NCBI GenBank assembly: GCA_963841435.1
Contig: CAWJCS010000002.1
Coordinates: 160,001-224,000, forward strand
Source of the DNA: an uncultured delta proteobacterium
Lineage (GTDB): Bacteria; Myxococcota_A; Polyangia; Polyangiales; Polyangiaceae
Direction of reading: 5' to 3'
Length of the DNA: 64,000 nucleotides
The notes under the pieces were generated by a model that saw only the letters and a list, made by a program, of their open reading frames with translations, had not been told where the DNA came from and made no database searches. Position 1 is the stretch's first letter, and every line of letters starts with the position of its first letter. The position numbers and the translations under genes were made by a program. Shown here one piece after another: positions 50,802-60,380 of the stretch.

Positions 50802-53654
50802 CTACGGGGAACCGCCGGGCGGTGCGGCCGTCACCGACAGCTCCGCGTGCGTGAGCCCCGGGGCGCTCGCCGTGAGTCGGAGCGGCCCCGGCGCTCCGGT
50901 CGATTGAACGATGACCTGCGCGAGCCCGTTGAAGAGCCGGCGGCTCCAGCGCGGGGGCGGGCCTTCGACGCGCAGCACCGCGGGGGGGATCTTCAGCGCT
51001 CGCTCGCGCGCAGAGTCGCTCTCGTAAGGCGTCGCCGTCACGGAGAGCACGTTCCGTCCCTCGCCGAGGACGTTGTTCGTGAGCGCGATGGTCGGCAAAG
51101 GCGCCCCGGGGACCATGCGGGTGGTCATCAGCTCGTGCCCGTTCAGCGAGACCACGGCGCTCGCCCCGAAATGCCGGAGGAGCAAACTGAGCCTCGCGCC
51201 CTTCGGTAGCCCTCTCGTCGTGAGCGTCCCCCGGTAGGTGGTGCCGTTCGGCGTCTTTTGCTCGCGAAAATCCGCGAACGGCAACGTCGTCACCGGTGTG
51301 ACGAAGCGGTCGGGCTCGTGGCTCGAGGGGTCCCCGTTGCCCACGCCGAGGATCCGACCGCTCCCCTCGAGCTCGAGCTCGACCGGAGCGTCGGCGGTGG
51401 GCACCGGACGGCCCTTTGCGTCCACGGCGCTCACGGTGACGACCGCGAGGTCGCGCGCGTCCGCCACGATGACGCTGCGATCGGCTTCCAGTCGCAGCTC
51501 CGTCGGAGCCCCGGTCGTCTCGACTCGCGCTTCGAGCCGCACGGTGCCGTCGACGAACCCCTTGGCGCTCAGCGTTCCTGGTGCGTACGGCACGCTCCAC
51601 GCGACGTGCCCGTAGCGCTCGATCGCCTTCTTGCCGAGGCTCTGGCCGTTCAGGAAGAGCTCGACCTCGGACAGATTCGAATACGCCCGGACCTCGATCG
51701 GTTGGCCTTCGCGCCCCGCGAAGCTCCAGTGCGGCGCGAGCTCCAAGAGCGGCTCCGGACGCCACCAGGCTTTCAGGTAGTAAAAGCTGTCCTTGGGAAA
51801 GCCGCAGGTGTCCAGAATGCCGAACTGCGAGCTGACGGCCGGGAAGCCATAGGGCGTCGACTCGCCGCGGTAGTCGAACCCGGTCCAGTAGAACAGCCCC
51901 GCGAGGTAGGGCCGCGCCGCGTAGTGACGAAGGCCCACTTCGACGTTGCCCCCGGAGCTTCCGTTGGCGAGCGGCGCCGAGTGGGCGTGCGCCGCGTCCG
52001 TGAAGTAGACGCCGCGCGTGCCCTGCGTCGTCGTCTCCTCCGTGCCGACGCCGGGCTGCCACGGGAACTTTCGATGGTGCTCGTCGGTGCTGCCGTGGGC
52101 GATGTAGTTGTAGCCCATGACCTCGGCGACGGCGGCCACACCCTCGTTCCAGTCGCCGCTCGAAGCGACCGTCGTCGGCCGGGTGGGGTCGAGCTGCTCG
52201 ACGCGCGCCCGCATGGTCTTCGCGATGCGTGCGCCGCGCTCGTCGTTCTCGATCGCCCACTCCTCGTTGCCGAGCGACCAGAGGATCACGCTCGGGTGAT
52301 TCCGGTCGCGCACGACCAGGCGTTCGAGCTCCGCGAGCGCTTTTTCGCTCGACCCCATCGAGCGATTCTCGTCGATCACCAGCATTCCCAACCGATCGCA
52401 GGCATCCAAAAGCTCGGGAGTGGGTGGGTGGTGGGATGCCCGGTAAGCGTTGCTCCCCATCGCCTTCAGGCGTTCGATGCGAAATTCCTGCAGCCGGTCG
52501 GGCAGGGCCGTGCCGACGCCCGCGTGGTCCTGGTGGTCGTTGGTTCCTTTCAAAAAGACGTGCCGGCCGTTGAGAAAGAAGCCGCGGTCCGAGTCGAAGC
52601 GAAGGGTCCGAATCCCGAAGCGGGTCACGTGGCGATCGACCTCCCCTCCACCGACGACCACGTGCGTCACGAGCTCGTGAAGGGAGGGCGACTCGAGTGA
52701 CCATAGCGCCGGCGTCGGGACGGTGAGGTCTGACACGAATTCGCGTTCGGTCCCTGCCGACAGCGTGGCCCTGCCGCCGGAGCCTCGCGCCACCACCGCT
52801 CCGTTGGGCGCGACGATTTCGAAGCGGGCCTCCACGTCGGCGTCTCCGTCCCCCGCGTCCACGACCCTGGCGCGCGCTCGCACGGTCGCGACGCCGTCGG
52901 CCACCGTCGCGGTCACGAACGTTCCGTCGTATGCGACGTGGACAGGGGCCGACTTTTCAAGCCAAACGTGCCGATAGATGCCGGCGCCCTCGTAAAACCA
53001 GCCCTCTTCCTTGCTGGCGTCCACGCGGACGGCGAGCACGTTGCGGCCGCCGTAGTCGAGGTAGTCCGTCACGTCGTACTGGACGCTCGCGTAGCCGCTC
53101 GGCTCGCGACCCACCAAGAAGCCGTTCACCCAGACGCGTGAGTCTCGAAAGACGCCGTCGAGCTCGAGCGCGATGCGTCGCCCGCGATCCGCTTTCGAGA
53201 TCTCCAGCTCCCGCCGGTACCAGCCGACGCTATTTTCGGGGAAGCCGCGCCCGAGCGCCTTGTAGCCGTGACTGTGGCTGGCCTTCGCGTCGAACGGGAG
53301 CTCGACCGCCCAGTCGTGGGGCAGATCGACGGCGCGAAAGCCTCGGTCGTCGAAATTCGGGTCGGCCGGTCCATCGCCGTACCCGGCCTTCGCCAGGTCC
53401 GAAAAGTAGGACGTCCCGTGGCCGAAATCCCGCGCGGGGTCCGCGGCGTGACCGAGGGCGAAATGGAACCCGCGGTCGAGGCTGATCCGCTCGCGTCCGC
53501 GCCCCACGCTTTTCGCGGGCACTGGCTCGGGCGTGGCCGCTCTTCCGATCGCGACGGGCTTCGGCGGGGCGCTGCGGGCGGCGGGGGCGCACGCCTGGAG
53601 GCTCGCGAGCACGCAAGCCCCGCAGAAAACACCGGCTGAGGACGGGACGCGCAT
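50802..53654 (-). CDS. GH2 beta-galactosidase (GalA-like) lipoprotein
   Basis: Lipobox LQAC; 'DLPHDW', 'KGTNDHQDHAGVG', 'YRASHHP', 'RDRNHPSVILWSLGNEE', 'WTGFDYRGE', 'GVGNGDP'. Confidence 0.95.
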   Translation of the reverse strand: MRVPSSAGVFCGACVLASLQACAPAARSAPPKPVAIGRAATPEPVPAKSVGRGRERISLDRGFHFALGHAADPARDFGHGTSYFSDLAKAGYGDGPADPNFDDRGFRAVDLPHDWAVELPFDAKASHSHGYKALGRGFPENSVGWYRRELEISKADRGRRIALELDGVFRDSRVWVNGFLVGREPSGYASVQYDVTDYLDYGGRNVLAVRVDASKEEGWFYEGAGIYRHVWLEKSAPVHVAYDGTFVTATVADGVATVRARARVVDAGDGDADVEARFEIVAPNGAVVARGSGGRATLSAGTEREFVSDLTVPTPALWSLESPSLHELVTHVVVGGGEVDRHVTRFGIRTLRFDSDRGFFLNGRHVFLKGTNDHQDHAGVGTALPDRLQEFRIERLKAMGSNAYRASHHPPTPELLDACDRLGMLVIDENRSMGSSEKALAELERLVVRDRNHPSVILWSLGNEEWAIENDERGARIAKTMRARVEQLDPTRPTTVASSGDWNEGVAAVAEVMGYNYIAHGSTDEHHRKFPWQPGVGTEETTTQGTRGVYFTDAAHAHSAPLANGSSGGNVEVGLRHYAARPYLAGLFYWTGFDYRGESTPYGFPAVSSQFGILDTCGFPKDSFYYLKAWWRPEPLLELAPHWSFAGREGQPIEVRAYSNLSEVELFLNGQSLGKKAIERYGHVAWSVPYAPGTLSAKGFVDGTVRLEARVETTGAPTELRLEADRSVIVADARDLAVVTVSAVDAKGRPVPTADAPVELELEGSGRILGVGNGDPSSHEPDRFVTPVTTLPFADFREQKTPNGTTYRGTLTTRGLPKGARLSLLLRHFGASAVVSLNGHELMTTRMVPGAPLPTIALTNNVLGEGRNVLSVTATPYESDSARERALKIPPAVLRVEGPPPRWSRRLFNGLAQVIVQSTGAPGPLRLTASAPGLTHAELSVTAAPPGGSP

Positions 53655-53671
53655 GAGCAGGCAGCCGCGGG

Positions 53672-54805
53672 CTACGATTTCGCGCGGGGACGCGCCGTGG
53701 ACCCACGCACCACGAGCTTCACTGGGGCAAGCTCCACCTTGACGGTGCCATCGGCCCCTTCGACGAGCTCGATGAGCCGTGCCATCGCGCGGCGGCCCAT
53801 GTACTCCTTGCCGACGCCGATCGTGGTGAGCGGCGGGTCCGTGTAGTTCGAAAGCAGGATGTCATCGTAGCCGATGACGCTCAGATCGCGCGGCACCTCG
53901 TAGCTCGCCTCGTGCGCGGCGCGAAGCGCTCCGGCCGCCAGCTCGTCGTTGGCGCAGAAGAGCGCCGTGACGTTGCTCCTCTTCGCGAGCAGCGAGGCCG
54001 CGGCGCGGTGTGCGGCGGCGTAGCTCAAGCCGTCGGTTTCGACCACGTTCAGCGTGCGCGAGAAGCGGCGCCCGCGCTCTTCGAAGGCCGCCCGAAAGCC
54101 CACGAGCCGCTGCTCGATGCTCGTGACGGCGCCGCGTGGCACCAGCATCGCAATCCGCTCGTGCCCCAGAGAGAACAGGTGCTCGGCGGCAAGGCGACCG
54201 CCCTCGGCGTTGTCGATCTCCAGCGTGTTCACGCTGCTCACGCGCGGGTAGGTGTCGACGAGGACGACGGGGATCGAGAGGGCCTTGATGTCTTTGATCA
54301 TCATCGGGTGGGCGCGGCGCATGAAGAGCACGCCCACCGCGTTCTTCTCGCGCACCATTTTCGGCAAGTCCTCGAAGCCCTTGTACGTCGTGTCGACGTA
54401 CGAGAAGAGCAGGTTGTAGTCGCGCTCGACCGCCTCCTTGATCGCACCCTGCACCACGAAGGAGTAGAAGTTGTTCGTGATGGCGTCGTCTTCCTTGTAG
54501 AAGACGACCCCGATGTTGCGAATGCGCATCCTGGCGAGACCCGCCGCCGCGGCGTTCGCGTGGTAGTTGAGAGCGCGCGCGGCGCCGAGCACCCGGCTCT
54601 TCACCCCCTCGCTGATGCTCTCGCTCACGTTGCCGTTCAATACGAACGAGACGGTCGCCGTCGAGACACCCGCGTGCTCGGCCACGTCACGGATCGTCGC
54701 GCGGCGCGCGGCGAGCGGCGCGCGCCGGCGGGAACCGGTCGAGGCCCGCGCGCGTTCGGTTTTTTGGCGTGACATGCGTGGAGCTGGCAACTCGGAACGG
54801 GTCAT
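53672..54805 (-). CDS. LacI-family transcriptional regulator (start 54805 or 54775)
   Basis: 'TIRDVAEHAGVSTATVSFVLN', 'FCANDELA', 'VPRDLSVIGYDD', 'PPLTTI', 'LVVRGST'. Confidence 0.95.
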   Translation of the reverse strand: MTRSELPAPRMSRQKTERARASTGSRRRAPLAARRATIRDVAEHAGVSTATVSFVLNGNVSESISEGVKSRVLGAARALNYHANAAAAGLARMRIRNIGVVFYKEDDAITNNFYSFVVQGAIKEAVERDYNLLFSYVDTTYKGFEDLPKMVREKNAVGVLFMRRAHPMMIKDIKALSIPVVLVDTYPRVSSVNTLEIDNAEGGRLAAEHLFSLGHERIAMLVPRGAVTSIEQRLVGFRAAFEERGRRFSRTLNVVETDGLSYAAAHRAAASLLAKRSNVTALFCANDELAAGALRAAHEASYEVPRDLSVIGYDDILLSNYTDPPLTTIGVGKEYMGRRAMARLIELVEGADGTVKVELAPVKLVVRGSTARPRAKS

Positions 54806-54834
54806 CGTGCCCGGTCGCCGATTTCTCCCGGGGC

Positions 54835-55746
54835 TCAGTAAAACGTCAGATCGTCGATGGTCAGCTCGTAGGCGGAGGGAGTCGGCTGGTAGCCTCCCCC
54901 GGTATCGGGTACCCACGAAAGCCCAATATCGTACTGGATCTGCCAGACGTTCCTGCCGTCGGGCACGACCCGGGTCCCAGCGGCGTCGCCCGGTGTGAAA
55001 CCGCTCCAGGACACCCGAAATTCGGTCCAGGTGTCCGTGACCGGGAACGTGAAGCTCGGGTGAATGCAGGTGTCGTCGGTGCCGGGGCAGGTGCCGACCA
55101 TCGTCGCTGCGCTGCTCGTCGTCTCTTTCATCAAGATGGAGAGCTTCGCATCGCCGGTCGGGCTGCTCCCGCGGACCCAGAAGGCGATGCCCGTGAACGC
55201 GCTGGCGTCGAGGCAGTCGCTGAGCCAGAGCCCCATGCCGCCGCCGTACTCCTCCGAGAGCGTGTCGGCAACGTCGAGCGCGTAGGTCGAGCCGTTCCCG
55301 TCGATCATCGCGAACGTCTCGGGAAAGCCGCCTGCGTCGTCGCCGTAGCCGAACGTCCCCGCGAAGACGCCGGTGGACGAGTCCCCACCGAGAGCAAATG
55401 ACCAGGTGGCCAGGTCCGCGCTGCCATCGTAGCCCTCGAAGTCGGCGATCGCCGGCTTGGAGCTCGAAAGCACGATCGGAGCGGCGCAGACGGTGCCGCT
55501 CGTCGTCGTGCCCGCGGTGCCGCCAGAGCCGGCCGTCGTTCCACCCGAGCCGCCTGAGCCGCCGGTGCCAGCGGTCGTTCCACCCGAGCCTGCCGAGCCG
55601 CCGGAGCTGCCCGCGCTGCCGCCGGAGTCGCCCCCCGAGCCCGAGTCGTCGGTGATGCAGCCAGCGAGCGGCCCGAGCGCCACGAGCGAAAAGCCCAGAA
55701 CCCAAGGCCCCGAGCGCAGGAACACCGTGTTCATCTTTGCCTCCAT
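54835..55746 (-). CDS. Lipoprotein with Gly/Ser linker and CBM11/CIA30-like domain
   Basis: Lipobox LAGC; 'LDASAFTGIAFWVRG', 'WTEFRVSWSGF', 'LTIDDLTFY'. Confidence 0.75.
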   Translation of the reverse strand: MEAKMNTVFLRSGPWVLGFSLVALGPLAGCITDDSGSGGDSGGSAGSSGGSAGSGGTTAGTGGSGGSGGTTAGSGGTAGTTTSGTVCAAPIVLSSSKPAIADFEGYDGSADLATWSFALGGDSSTGVFAGTFGYGDDAGGFPETFAMIDGNGSTYALDVADTLSEEYGGGMGLWLSDCLDASAFTGIAFWVRGSSPTGDAKLSILMKETTSSAATMVGTCPGTDDTCIHPSFTFPVTDTWTEFRVSWSGFTPGDAAGTRVVPDGRNVWQIQYDIGLSWVPDTGGGYQPTPSAYELTIDDLTFY

Positions 55747-55750
55747 GCTC

Positions 55751-56635
55751 TCAATTCCCGCGTGACCGGTAAAATGCGATGTCGTCGAGCCAGATGTCGT
55801 AGTGGCTGCCCTGCACGAGCTTGATCTCGAACTTGGCGATGTCCGCCCGGTCGATGCCCCCGTCGAGTCGGTTCGGACAGGGCGACTGCAAAAGATCGCT
55901 CCACGGGATCAGGAACAGCTGCCACGACTCGGTGGTGACGACGCTCGTGTGGAACGCGTTGCCACACTCGCCGGCGACGGGCACCCGCACCCCAGCGCTC
56001 GCGGGACCGCCGACCCCGCCCTTGTAGCAGGCGGCCTCGCCGAGATCCTCGGGCGGCGGGAGGCGACACTCGGTGTCGCGTGCGATGTCGCCGGGGCCGA
56101 CGAACCCGTCGCCGTCCAGATCCTGATCCGCGGGCGTCGCCGGCGGCAGCCCGCCCTCCGCGGGTGCGTCCGGTGAAAAGAGGATCGTCCGCCCGTCGTC
56201 CACGTACAAACGGAACTGCTTGTCGGCGTTCGCGGGGCTTCTCGCCCAGAAGCTGATGCCGTCGTAGCCCGTGCCATCCGCTCGTGAGCTTTTCGGGTTG
56301 TGCGCCCAATCCCCGAAGCCCGCTCCCCAGAAGTTGTGGCCATACGCCTGGAGCTCGAGGATCCGCGTGTCGCCGCAGCGCCCGGGAGCCGGCACCTCGG
56401 TCACGGGCACGTTCGAGCCGTCGACGTTGGGATTGGGAACACCGCCTGGGGTTTCATCCGCGTACTGGAACCACCCCGACTCTGCGCCGTCGAAATTGGA
56501 GATGTTCAGGAACTCGTACGCGTCCCCGACCGAGCAGTCCGGCGGTCCGGGCGGCAACCGGTCACCCTGACTGCACCCTGAAACGAGCAGCAGGAACGAC
56601 GAGCCGAGCACCGAGATCGAGCGTTGCATCGCCAT
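55751..56635 (-). CDS. Lipoprotein with CBM11-like domain carrying a Cys/Asp-rich insertion
   Basis: Lipobox VSGC; 'YDGISFWARS', 'WQLFLIPWSDL', 'YDIWLDDIAFY'; 'DQDLDGDG' loop; TGATG coupling to the upstream gene. Confidence 0.72.
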   Translation of the reverse strand: MAMQRSISVLGSSFLLLVSGCSQGDRLPPGPPDCSVGDAYEFLNISNFDGAESGWFQYADETPGGVPNPNVDGSNVPVTEVPAPGRCGDTRILELQAYGHNFWGAGFGDWAHNPKSSRADGTGYDGISFWARSPANADKQFRLYVDDGRTILFSPDAPAEGGLPPATPADQDLDGDGFVGPGDIARDTECRLPPPEDLGEAACYKGGVGGPASAGVRVPVAGECGNAFHTSVVTTESWQLFLIPWSDLLQSPCPNRLDGGIDRADIAKFEIKLVQGSHYDIWLDDIAFYRSRGN

Positions 56636-58140
56636 CACCACCAGAAGGTCGCGGACAGAGAAAGCACGTGCCGGTCCGGGTTCAGGCTCGGATCGTCCAA
56701 GGGCGGATACCCTCGAGCTGCGTACACCTCCTGACCGTAGGCGAAGTACGAGTACGACAGCGCGAACTCGTCCCGGCTCAGCCAGTTGGTGTGAAACAGC
56801 AGGCGCCCGGTGTACGTGTTGAACGAACGGCGGTTCACCTTGCTGTCGAGGCGGACGTGGTCGAACCGAGCCGACGTGCCGAACCAGGAGAGCAGGTTGT
56901 AGGTGGCTTCGAGGCCCGCCTTGAGCTTGAGCACGCCGTCGTAGTCGGGGTCGTCGCTGGTCACCTTCGTGCCGATCCCGAAAATGCTGAAGAGCACGTC
57001 GGTGTTCATGCCGCGGTACTGCTTGTCGAAGAGCATCCGGGATAGGCTCATGTCGTACTGGGCACCGAAGGTCGTGAGCGAGCCGTTGCCGTGGCTATTC
57101 GGCCCCAGATACTCACGGATGAGACCCGCGCCACCGCGCGCGTTCAGCACCTCGACGATGCCGGAGACGACCTCGGAGTCGACCGCGAGGGTGCGCGCGC
57201 CGCCGAGGTAGAGGTGCCCCCAGCGTCCGGCGGTGAGGCGCGCGTCCGCACCGAGGAGGCTGATGCGGCCGTCGGCCAACGTGGAGTCGAGGCCCTGGTC
57301 GTCGTGGCTGAAGGCCGTCAGGTAGTGCACGCCGAGCTGAAGGAGCCCCGACCAGGCGAGCCCCGCGTGGAGATGGCCGACGAAGCTCGCGCCCGCGTTG
57401 GGATCGGCGAAGCCGTTCCACCCGCTCGACGTGAGGCCGTTCGGCGTGTGACCGAGCTGACCACCGATGCCCTGTTCGAGAACGAGGGTGGTCTTGCCGA
57501 GCTCGAAACCGGCGGTGAGCGTTTCGCCGACGGAATTGATGCGGGCGATCAGCGGCGTCGCGTAGCGACCGGAGTCGAAGGCTCCCATGGCTCCGTAGCG
57601 CTGGGTCACGGCGCCCATGCGAAGCTGGAACGGAGTGCCGACGGACTCCGTCAGATTCAAGGTGACGAAGGCGTCACTCACCCCGAGCTGGCGCACGGGG
57701 TCGTAGACGGCTTCTGCCTCCGTGGCCGTGGTGGCGGCGAGAATCGCCGTCGCTGCGACCAACGAGTTACCGTAGGTGAAGTTGAGCTGCACCCAGGGGT
57801 CGGGCACCACCGCCGTGTACTGAAACCGGCGGTAATCCTGCGGAATGAGCGGTGGGGTGTGAAGCACGGTGTGGCTCTGGCCCGGGCCCGGATCCTCGCG
57901 CCTGTGCAAGCCGAGCCGCATGGGCAAGAGCAGGTAGCCGTGAAAATCGAGCACGTACTCCTTCGACGTGGCCGGGGGGATGCCGAACGGCGTCGAGGGC
58001 GGTGCGCTCCGGACCTGGGGCTCGGCGGGGTCGAGCCCGAGTCGGGGCAGCTCGGGAACGTCTTCTATGGGTTTCGCCAGCGTTTGCGTGGGCACGGCGA
58101 GTACCGAGAGCAAGAGCCAGCCCGTAAGGGCGCGTCGCAT
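56635..58140 (-). CDS. Uncharacterised outer-membrane beta-barrel protein (paralog B)
   Basis: Sec signal; amphipathic strands starting 'LDFHGYL'; C-terminal 'VLSLSATFWW' beta-signal. Confidence 0.7.
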   Translation of the reverse strand: MRRALTGWLLLSVLAVPTQTLAKPIEDVPELPRLGLDPAEPQVRSAPPSTPFGIPPATSKEYVLDFHGYLLLPMRLGLHRREDPGPGQSHTVLHTPPLIPQDYRRFQYTAVVPDPWVQLNFTYGNSLVAATAILAATTATEAEAVYDPVRQLGVSDAFVTLNLTESVGTPFQLRMGAVTQRYGAMGAFDSGRYATPLIARINSVGETLTAGFELGKTTLVLEQGIGGQLGHTPNGLTSSGWNGFADPNAGASFVGHLHAGLAWSGLLQLGVHYLTAFSHDDQGLDSTLADGRISLLGADARLTAGRWGHLYLGGARTLAVDSEVVSGIVEVLNARGGAGLIREYLGPNSHGNGSLTTFGAQYDMSLSRMLFDKQYRGMNTDVLFSIFGIGTKVTSDDPDYDGVLKLKAGLEATYNLLSWFGTSARFDHVRLDSKVNRRSFNTYTGRLLFHTNWLSRDEFALSYSYFAYGQEVYAARGYPPLDDPSLNPDRHVLSLSATFWW

Positions 58141-58204
58141 GGAACACCTTCCTAACTTCTGCTCGGATCGAACGACTGGCTTCACGAAGACCATGAGCTG
58201 CTCC

Positions 58205-59785
58205 CTAGAAGACGATGCTGGCCCCGAGGGTGAACACGTCGCGGTCCAGTGGCTGGGCGGGGTTGTTGTCCGTGAAGTCCGAGTAAAAATAGCGGGAGTA
58301 GGCGAGCTCCATCCGGTCCTGGCTTTGCCAGTCGGAATGCAGCGCCACGCCCAGTGAAGCGTCGTAGGCCACCCACCTGCCGCGACGAGGCTGGCCGTTC
58401 ACGTTGACCACCGTCGAGTCACGGCTCTCCCCGAACAACCGATACGTGGTGCTGAGCCAGGAGAGCAACACGTGCTCGACGCTGCCGCCCACGAAGTAGC
58501 CGTCGGCGCCGTCGTAGCTCGGGTCGTCGGTTTTCAGCGTCCAGAAAGGCACGAAAGCCAGCACGACCCGCAGATCGCGACCATTGCCGTCGAATGCCTC
58601 GGGAAAGGAGAGCATGCGCGAGACGCTGAAGTCGTACTCGGTGCTCACGGCCATGATGCGCCCGGTGCCGTCGCTCTGCGGGCCGAGAAATTTGCTGGTC
58701 ATCTCACGACCACCCGCGGTCCAGTCGAGCCCCCACCAGATCCCGTCGTGCACGGAACGGGCGTGGTCGAAGTTCCAGAAGACCGTCGTGACGCCGAGCT
58801 CGCCGTAGGGATCCTCGACCCCTCGAAGCTCGAGCGCGGCAACTTCCATCCGACCGTCGGGGCCGTGCTCGACTTCGGGGGTGCTCGCGTCGTCGTCGAG
58901 GTAACGGCGCATGTTGCGTCCGTCCGCGAGCGCCATATGGAGCTTCGCGAAGTACTTGTTCTTGAGGCTGACGCCGACGTGCGCGTGACTGACGATGCTC
59001 GAGAGCCCGTTTTCCGGCCACTGCGTATAGGTGCCGCGCACGAAGCTCTCGGGCACCTCCGGCACCGCGCTCGTGCCGTACTCGAGCGAGAAAAGCATTT
59101 CCTTCGGCAGCTCGTAGTCGAGCGCCGCGACGCCACCGTAGCCATGCACGGCGAGCACCGGGCCGAACATTCCCCAGCCCCACGGGCCAGGCGCGCCGTA
59201 CTGAGCGGGGAACGCGCCGACCTGGAACCTCAGCCGAGCGCGGCCCATCGCCGGCGGTGTCACCGTGACGTAAGCGGTTCTGAGACGGGGGCCGTTCTCG
59301 GCGCGGTAGTAGCCCTCCCACTCCGGCGCGGCCAACGCGACCTCGTAGGAGGCGAACGCCATGATGAGCTGATTGCCGTATTGGAAGTCGAGCCTCGTGG
59401 CTGTCCCGCTCCAGAACGGGCTACGACCCAAGGTGAGCGGCGGCGTGTGTAGCGGCGTGCCGTGGCTCGAAGAGGGAACCGAAGGGCTCCTTCCGACGCC
59501 GACCTGCCCCCAGGCGGAGAAACGCCCACCGAGCCGAAAGACCCACGAGTCCGGATCGGTCGGAGCGCCGAAGGAAGGAGCGCGCCCTCCGGGCGCGGGC
59601 GGGGCGGGGGGCGCCTCGGGAGACAGGCCAACGCCGACGGGCCGTGGCGAGCCGGGAGCTGCGTCGACGGCTCGCTCTTGCGCGCGCCCGAGGCTCGCAC
59701 CGAGCAGGCAGGTCGCGGCCGCGACGCAGGCCGCACCGTAGCGCCACGAAAGCCTCGCGCTCCCGAGCCCGATCGACCTCGTCAC
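58205..59785 (-). CDS. Uncharacterised outer-membrane beta-barrel protein (paralog A)
   Basis: Signal peptide ending GRA-QE, Pro-rich linker, C-terminal 'VFTLGASIVF'; GTG overlaps the cytochrome TGA; colinear motifs shared with paralog B. Confidence 0.7.
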   Translation of the reverse strand: MTRSIGLGSARLSWRYGAACVAAATCLLGASLGRAQERAVDAAPGSPRPVGVGLSPEAPPAPPAPGGRAPSFGAPTDPDSWVFRLGGRFSAWGQVGVGRSPSVPSSSHGTPLHTPPLTLGRSPFWSGTATRLDFQYGNQLIMAFASYEVALAAPEWEGYYRAENGPRLRTAYVTVTPPAMGRARLRFQVGAFPAQYGAPGPWGWGMFGPVLAVHGYGGVAALDYELPKEMLFSLEYGTSAVPEVPESFVRGTYTQWPENGLSSIVSHAHVGVSLKNKYFAKLHMALADGRNMRRYLDDDASTPEVEHGPDGRMEVAALELRGVEDPYGELGVTTVFWNFDHARSVHDGIWWGLDWTAGGREMTSKFLGPQSDGTGRIMAVSTEYDFSVSRMLSFPEAFDGNGRDLRVVLAFVPFWTLKTDDPSYDGADGYFVGGSVEHVLLSWLSTTYRLFGESRDSTVVNVNGQPRRGRWVAYDASLGVALHSDWQSQDRMELAYSRYFYSDFTDNNPAQPLDRDVFTLGASIVF

Positions 59786-60300
59786 GGGCGCCGCACCGAA
59801 AGCTTCACGGAGCCGGCGTTCTTGTCGGTCACGCCCTCGGGCGGCACCTCGACGCCGTGGGCCACGAGCATGAAAGAGACGATGGCAAAGTAGTCCTCGG
59901 TCGAGAGCGAGCTTCGCTTGTCCTCCGACGGCGGCATGTTCTTGCTGACGAAGGTGTAGAGGTCTTTCGCGGTGCGGAAGGGATCGCGCCACGGCGCGCC
60001 GGCGGGGCGCGATTGCGCTTGCAGCCGGAGCGTCTCGGGATCACCCGACGCCGGATCGGCGTTGGCGTTGCGCGCCCTCGGGTACTCGGGAAGGGCTCCC
60101 TCACCCAGGATGCGCGGCGCGCTGGTCCCACTTTCGCCCCGCGCACCGTGGCACCCGGCGCACTGCTCGGCGAACAGGGTTGCACCCGCGGACGAGGCGC
60201 TCTTCGCCCGGGCCAGATTGGCGTCCGTGGCGCCGTACTGCGTGGCAGCACAGGCGCCCGCGATCGCAGCGGTGATCACGAACGCACATCGTCTGACCAT
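59782..60300 (-). CDS. Monoheme c-type cytochrome lipoprotein
   Basis: Lipobox AGAC; 'GATLFAEQCAGCHG', distal Met in 'VSKNMPP'. Confidence 0.88.
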   Translation of the reverse strand: MVRRCAFVITAAIAGACAATQYGATDANLARAKSASSAGATLFAEQCAGCHGARGESGTSAPRILGEGALPEYPRARNANADPASGDPETLRLQAQSRPAGAPWRDPFRTAKDLYTFVSKNMPPSEDKRSSLSTEDYFAIVSFMLVAHGVEVPPEGVTDKNAGSVKLSVRRP

Positions 60301-60380
60301 GATTCAGCGCGCGGCAGTCTGCGCGGAGACGGCATCGAACTCAAGGGCCGACAAGCCATCATCGCACCACGCGAGTTGAC

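Noticed and set aside
56635-59785. TonB-dependent receptor (SusC-like) call for the two barrels
   Set aside because: About 500 aa each, with no recognisable TonB box or plug motifs; too short for a 22-strand barrel plus plug
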